NCBI GenBank assembly: GCA_963815115.1
Contig: CAWFFN010000008.1
Location: 480,001-544,000, forward strand
Direction: 5' to 3'
Origin: an uncultured delta proteobacterium
GTDB lineage: Bacteria > Desulfobacterota > Binatia > DP-6
DNA: 64,000 bases
How positions within the stretch are numbered: the stretch's first letter is position 1; each line of letters opens with the position of its first letter. Below are positions 60,181 to 64,000 of this stretch, in pieces. A program made the translations under genes and the position numbers. The notes under the pieces were generated by a model. It saw nothing but the letters and a program-made list of their open reading frames with translations, was not told the origin of the DNA and did not search any database.

Positions 60181-61209
60181 CTAGAGCAGCCGGACCTGCC
60201 CGCCCGGACTCGTATCTCGACGGCCGAAGTGGGCGCAGGCGCGCGCCGTCGCCACCCGACCCTTCGGCGTGCGAGCCAGGTAGCCCTCCTGGATCAGGTA
60301 GGGCTCGTAGACCTCCTCGATGGTGTCGCGCTCCTCGCCGACGGCGGCGGCGAGCGTGTCGAGGCCGACCGGCCCGCCCGCGAACTTGTCGATCACCGCA
60401 AGCAGCAACGCGCGATCCATGCGGTCGAAGCCCGCCTGGTCGACCTCGAGGAGGGCCAGCGCGTCGCACGCGACCGCCTGCGTGATGCGGCCGTCGGCGC
60501 GGACCTGGGCGAAGTCACGCACCCGGCGTAGCAGGCGGTTCGCCACCCGCGGCGTGCCACGCGATCGGCGCGCGATCTCCGATCCGCCCTGCGCGTCGAG
60601 CGGCACCTGGAGGATCGCCGCCGAGCGCGCGAGGATGCGCTCCAGCTCGGCCGTCGAGTAGAAGTCGAGGCGGAAGCTCGCGCCGAAGCGGTCGCGCAGC
60701 GCCGAGGTGAGGAGTCCGGAGCGCGTGGTCGCGCCGACGAGGCAGAACGGCGGCAGCGGCAGCTTGATGGAGCGCGCCGTCGGCCCCTGCCCCACGACCA
60801 GGTCGAGCTGGAAGTCTTCCATGGCCGGGTAGAGGGTCTCCTCGACGACGTGCGGCAGGCGGTGGATCTCGTCGATGAAGAACACCTGGCCGCGCTCGAG
60901 GTTGGTCAGCAGCGCGGCAAGGTCGCCGGGACGCTCGAGGACCGGGCCGGAGGTGCCGCGCACCGCGACACCGAGCTCGGTCGCGATCACGTGCGCGAGC
61001 GACGTCTTGCCGAGGCCCGGCGGACCCGAGAGCAGGATGTGGTCGAGGACGTCACCGCGCGCATGCGCGGCGGCGATCTGCACGCGCAGGTTGTCGCGCA
61101 CGTGATCCTGGCCGACGTACTCCGCGAGGGTGCGCGGACGCAGCGGCACCTCGACGAGGAGGTCGTCCTCGAGCGGCTCGGCGACGATCGGGCCGGTGGG
61201 CCGCGACAT
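60181..61209 (-). CDS. ruvB: Holliday junction helicase RuvB
   Basis: [42 protein letters not shown]...RTPKGR. Confidence 0.98.
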   Translation of the reverse strand: MSRPTGPIVAEPLEDDLLVEVPLRPRTLAEYVGQDHVRDNLRVQIAAAHARGDVLDHILLSGPPGLGKTSLAHVIATELGVAVRGTSGPVLERPGDLAALLTNLERGQVFFIDEIHRLPHVVEETLYPAMEDFQLDLVVGQGPTARSIKLPLPPFCLVGATTRSGLLTSALRDRFGASFRLDFYSTAELERILARSAAILQVPLDAQGGSEIARRSRGTPRVANRLLRRVRDFAQVRADGRITQAVACDALALLEVDQAGFDRMDRALLLAVIDKFAGGPVGLDTLAAAVGEERDTIEEVYEPYLIQEGYLARTPKGRVATARACAHFGRRDTSPGGQVRLL

Positions 61210-61212
61210 CGG

Positions 61213-61806
61213 CTACCCCGCGAGCCCCTGCAACGCGGCCCGGATCACGTCCTCAAGCGGGGCGCCGTTGCCGGCGTGACGCTCGACGGCTCGCTCCGCT
61301 TCGGGCCGGCGGTAGCCGAGGTTGACGAGAGCCGATACCGCCTCCTCGAGCGGACCGGGCAGCGGGACCTGCGCCTTGTGCGGTGCACCGCCGTTGGCGC
61401 CGAGGGCGGCGGCGGCCTCGCGGCACTCGACGACGATGCGCTCCGCGAAACGCTTGCCGACGCCCTGGATCGTCTGCAGCCGCGAGGCGTCGCCCGATGC
61501 GATGGCGGCGAGCAGGTCTCCCACCCGCATGCCCGAGAGCACGGCGAGGCTGGTCCGGGGTCCGAGGCCCTTCACCTTGCGGAGCAGCTGGAAGAGCGCC
61601 CGCTCGCGGCCCTCGGCGAACCCGAAGAGCTCGATGGCGTCCTCCCGCACCTCGGTGTGGACCAGCATGCGCACGCTGGCGCCGGCCGGGGGCAGGTCGA
61701 TGAAGGTCTGCAGGGACACGTGGACGAGATAGCCCACCCCTCCGACGTCGACGACGAGACGCTCGGGCGTCTTCTCGGCGAGCGTGCCGGCGAGGCTGGC
61801 GATCAA
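61213..61806 (-). CDS. ruvA: Holliday junction binding protein RuvA
   Basis: DVGGVGY, VRED...LFGF, GLGPR, GVGKR.AERI, ALVNLGY; TTG start. Confidence 0.95.
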   Translation of the reverse strand: MIASLAGTLAEKTPERLVVDVGGVGYLVHVSLQTFIDLPPAGASVRMLVHTEVREDAIELFGFAEGRERALFQLLRKVKGLGPRTSLAVLSGMRVGDLLAAIASGDASRLQTIQGVGKRFAERIVVECREAAAALGANGGAPHKAQVPLPGPLEEAVSALVNLGYRRPEAERAVERHAGNGAPLEDVIRAALQGLAG

Positions 61807-62306
61807 CGCAGATCCCCGGCGCGTGCCAGAGCCGTGCGCAGCGGCAGGTCCTGGAGATGGCAGAGGGCCAGCGCGAGGGCGTCGGCGGCATCCGCCGGAG
61901 GCCGGCGTGCGAGCCCGAGGCGCAGGGTGACGCCTCGTCCGACCGCGTCCTTGTTGGCGGTGCCGTGCCCGATGGCGGCCAGCTTCACCGCCGCCGGCGT
62001 GTATTGCTCGAGAGCGATCCCCGCCGAGGCGACCGCCGCCAGGACGGCTCCCCGCGCCTCGCCGATGCGGAGCGCGCTCTGCACGTTGCGGGCGACGAAG
62101 GCACGCTCGAGCACCACCACCGATGGCGCCCAGGTCTCGATCAGCCGCAGGCACTCGGCATGGAGCCGGGCCAGGCGCATGGCCAGCGAGGTGCCGACGC
62201 CGAGCGTGAGGGTGCCGCTCGCGAGATGCCGCAGCAGCGGCCCCGAGCTCTCCACCACACCCCAGCCGCTCAGTCGTGACCCCGGATCGATCCCGAGCGC
62301 CCGCAC
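61803..62306 (-). CDS. ruvC: Holliday junction resolvase RuvC
   Basis: LGIDPG, E..F...N, GEARG, G.G.A.K, DAADALA.A.CH. Confidence 0.95.
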   Translation of the reverse strand: MRALGIDPGSRLSGWGVVESSGPLLRHLASGTLTLGVGTSLAMRLARLHAECLRLIETWAPSVVVLERAFVARNVQSALRIGEARGAVLAAVASAGIALEQYTPAAVKLAAIGHGTANKDAVGRGVTLRLGLARRPPADAADALALALCHLQDLPLRTALARAGDLR

Positions 62307-62363
62307 CTCACCTCCACTCTCACTCCCCTGGCTCCCCCCACGCCCGCGTTCGGGACGCGCGCG

Positions 62364-63113
62364 TCACGCCGACAGCTTGTCGAGCTCCTCCGCGGCGATG
62401 TCCATGTTCGAGGATACGTGCTGCACGTCGTCGTGATCCTCGAGCGCTTCCAGGAGGCGCACCATCTGCTCCGCCTGCTTCCCGCTGATCGCGGTGCTCG
62501 ACGACGGCATCATCGTCACCTCCGCCGACGCCGTCGCGATCTTCGCCTGCTCGAGCGTTTCCTTCACCGCCTCGAAGCGCTCGGGCGCGGTGAGCACCTC
62601 GAGCAGGTCCCCCGCCTCGGTCACGTCGTCCGCTCCCGCTTCGAGGGCCGCTTCCATCACCGTGTCCTCGTCGACCCCGGCGCGCTCCACCGTGATCAGG
62701 CCGCGCTTCGCGAACATCCACGCGACGCTGCCCGCCGAGCCCAGGTTGCCGCCGTGCTTGTCGAAGATGCTGCGCACGTCGGCCACGGTGCGATTGCGGT
62801 TGTCGGTGAGCGCCTCGACCATGATGGCCACGCCACCGGGCCCGTAGCCCTCGTAGGTGACCTCCTCGTAGTTGACGCCCTCCAGCTCGCCCGTGCCTTT
62901 CTTGATGGCGCGGTCGATGGTGTCGCCCGGCATGCTCTGGGCGCGCGCCGCCAGGACTGCCGTCCGCAAGCGCGGGTTGGCCTTGACGTCACCGCCTCCG
63001 AGGCGCGCCGCGACGGTGATCTCCTTGATGAGCTTGGTGAAGATCTTCCCGCGCTTGGCGTCCTTGGCGGCCTTCTTGTGCTTGATGGTGCTCCACTTGG
63101 AATGGCCCGACAT
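62364..63113 (-). CDS. yebC: YebC/PmpR family protein
   Basis: [40 protein letters not shown]. Confidence 0.97.
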   Translation of the reverse strand: MSGHSKWSTIKHKKAAKDAKRGKIFTKLIKEITVAARLGGGDVKANPRLRTAVLAARAQSMPGDTIDRAIKKGTGELEGVNYEEVTYEGYGPGGVAIMVEALTDNRNRTVADVRSIFDKHGGNLGSAGSVAWMFAKRGLITVERAGVDEDTVMEAALEAGADDVTEAGDLLEVLTAPERFEAVKETLEQAKIATASAEVTMMPSSSTAISGKQAEQMVRLLEALEDHDDVQHVSSNMDIAAEELDKLSA

Positions 63114-63253
63114 CGAACGCCTCCGACGCGCCGGCGGCGCGGGCGCGCCGTCATCCGGGTCGTGCCCGCGAGTTATCACATGGTCCCCTGGCGGACAACC
63201 GTAACGAGCACACGCCTTGACCCGGGCGCGCATTCGGCGCTATGGGTCCCGCG

Positions 63254-63700
63254 ATGCGGCGGGGCTGGGTTGTGCTGCTGGGACTGGGGTCGCTCCTGGC
63301 AGCCGGCTGCTCTACCGTCCGCCGCCCGGGCGCGGCGGCTCCATCGCCCGTGGAAGCGGGCGCGGTGCAGGAGGGGGTCGCCTCCTGGTACGGTCCCGGG
63401 TTCCATGGCCGGCGGACCTCGAGCGGGGAGCGCTACGATCAGTACGACTTCACCGCCGCGCACCGCACGCTCCCGCTCGGCACCTGGGTCAAGGTCACCA
63501 ACGTGGACAACGGCCGCACCATCAACGTGTACGTCAACGACCGGGGACCGTACGTCGACGGTCGCGTGATCGATCTGTCCTACGGTGCGGCGCGCGCCAT
63601 CGGCATGCTGGAGCCGGGGACGATTCCGGTCCGGATCGTCGTCCTCGGGACGGAGCCGCCGGAGCCGCGCTCGGTTCTGGTCGGGGAGCGCGGGGACTGA
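63254..63700 (+). CDS. rlpA: RlpA-like (DPBB) lipoprotein, no SPOR domain
   Basis: Lipobox AAGC, ASWYG..FHG..TSSGE, TAAHRTLP, VNDRGP, IDLS. Confidence 0.9.
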   Translation: MRRGWVVLLGLGSLLAAGCSTVRRPGAAAPSPVEAGAVQEGVASWYGPGFHGRRTSSGERYDQYDFTAAHRTLPLGTWVKVTNVDNGRTINVYVNDRGPYVDGRVIDLSYGAARAIGMLEPGTIPVRIVVLGTEPPEPRSVLVGERGD

Positions 63701-64000
63701 GCCTCAGGCTGGCCGCCCTCGCGGCGGGGCTGGCGTTGGCGAGCGCCTGCGGCACCGGGCGGCTGGTGCGCGGCGGGCAGGTGAACGAGAGCCTGCTGAC
63801 GGCGCTGGAGGCACGGCTGTCCGCCGTCCGCGGCCTCGCGTTTCTCCACCCGGTGACGGTGCGCGCGGTGGGACCCGCCGAGATCGCCGCGACCATCGAC
63901 AAGGAGATCGCGCACGACCTCCCGCCCGCGGACCTCGCGCGGCTCGAGGGCGTGTACACGACGCTGCATCTGATCCCGCCGGGGACCGCGCTCGGGTCCG
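63697..64000 (+). CDS. Putative lipoprotein (3' truncated by window edge)
   Basis: Open frame LSLRLAALAAGLALASAC-GTG...VRGLAF..PV; the only obvious start before the signal peptide is CTG overlapping the rlpA stop. Confidence 0.5.
   Translation, partial: MSLRLAALAAGLALASACGTGRLVRGGQVNESLLTALEARLSAVRGLAFLHPVTVRAVGPAEIAATIDKEIAHDLPPADLARLEGVYTTLHLIPPGTALGS

Overview
A 64 kb, very GC-rich bacterial chromosomal segment. Gene content (split b6-type Rieske/cytochrome b complex, T2SS, F420-type LLM oxidoreductase, TIGR03960-rng, NtrY-type kinase) points to a deltaproteobacteria-like lineage, possibly Binatia (inference). Most of it is housekeeping: pmbA, bioB, nadA-nrtR, tatA, rng, thiO, def, pstSCAB-phoU with phoBR and a porin, corA, an 11-gene T2SS cluster, ruvCAB-yebC and rlpA. 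I saw no rRNA, tRNA, CRISPR array or transposase. Highlights: (1) an NtrY-type kinase operon whose response regulator is an NtrX-type receiver domain fused in frame to an apparently intact LpxC, which suggests direct phosphorylation control of lipid A synthesis; the kinase carries a 1-nt frameshift in a homopolymer. (2) A four-copy REPIN/MITE-like palindromic element with co-varying terminal hairpins that supplies the C-termini of three genes. (3) Two paralogous secreted proteins with mirror-symmetric Cys spacing, predicting a disulfide-ladder helical hairpin. (4) A Rieske/b6 operon with an octaheme coiled-coil cytochrome, a cupredoxin-like protein and two uncalled membrane microproteins. Candidate NrtR, Pho-box, sigma54 and leaderless sigma70 promoter signals were read directly from the DNA. 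All family assignments come from motif recognition, not database searches.
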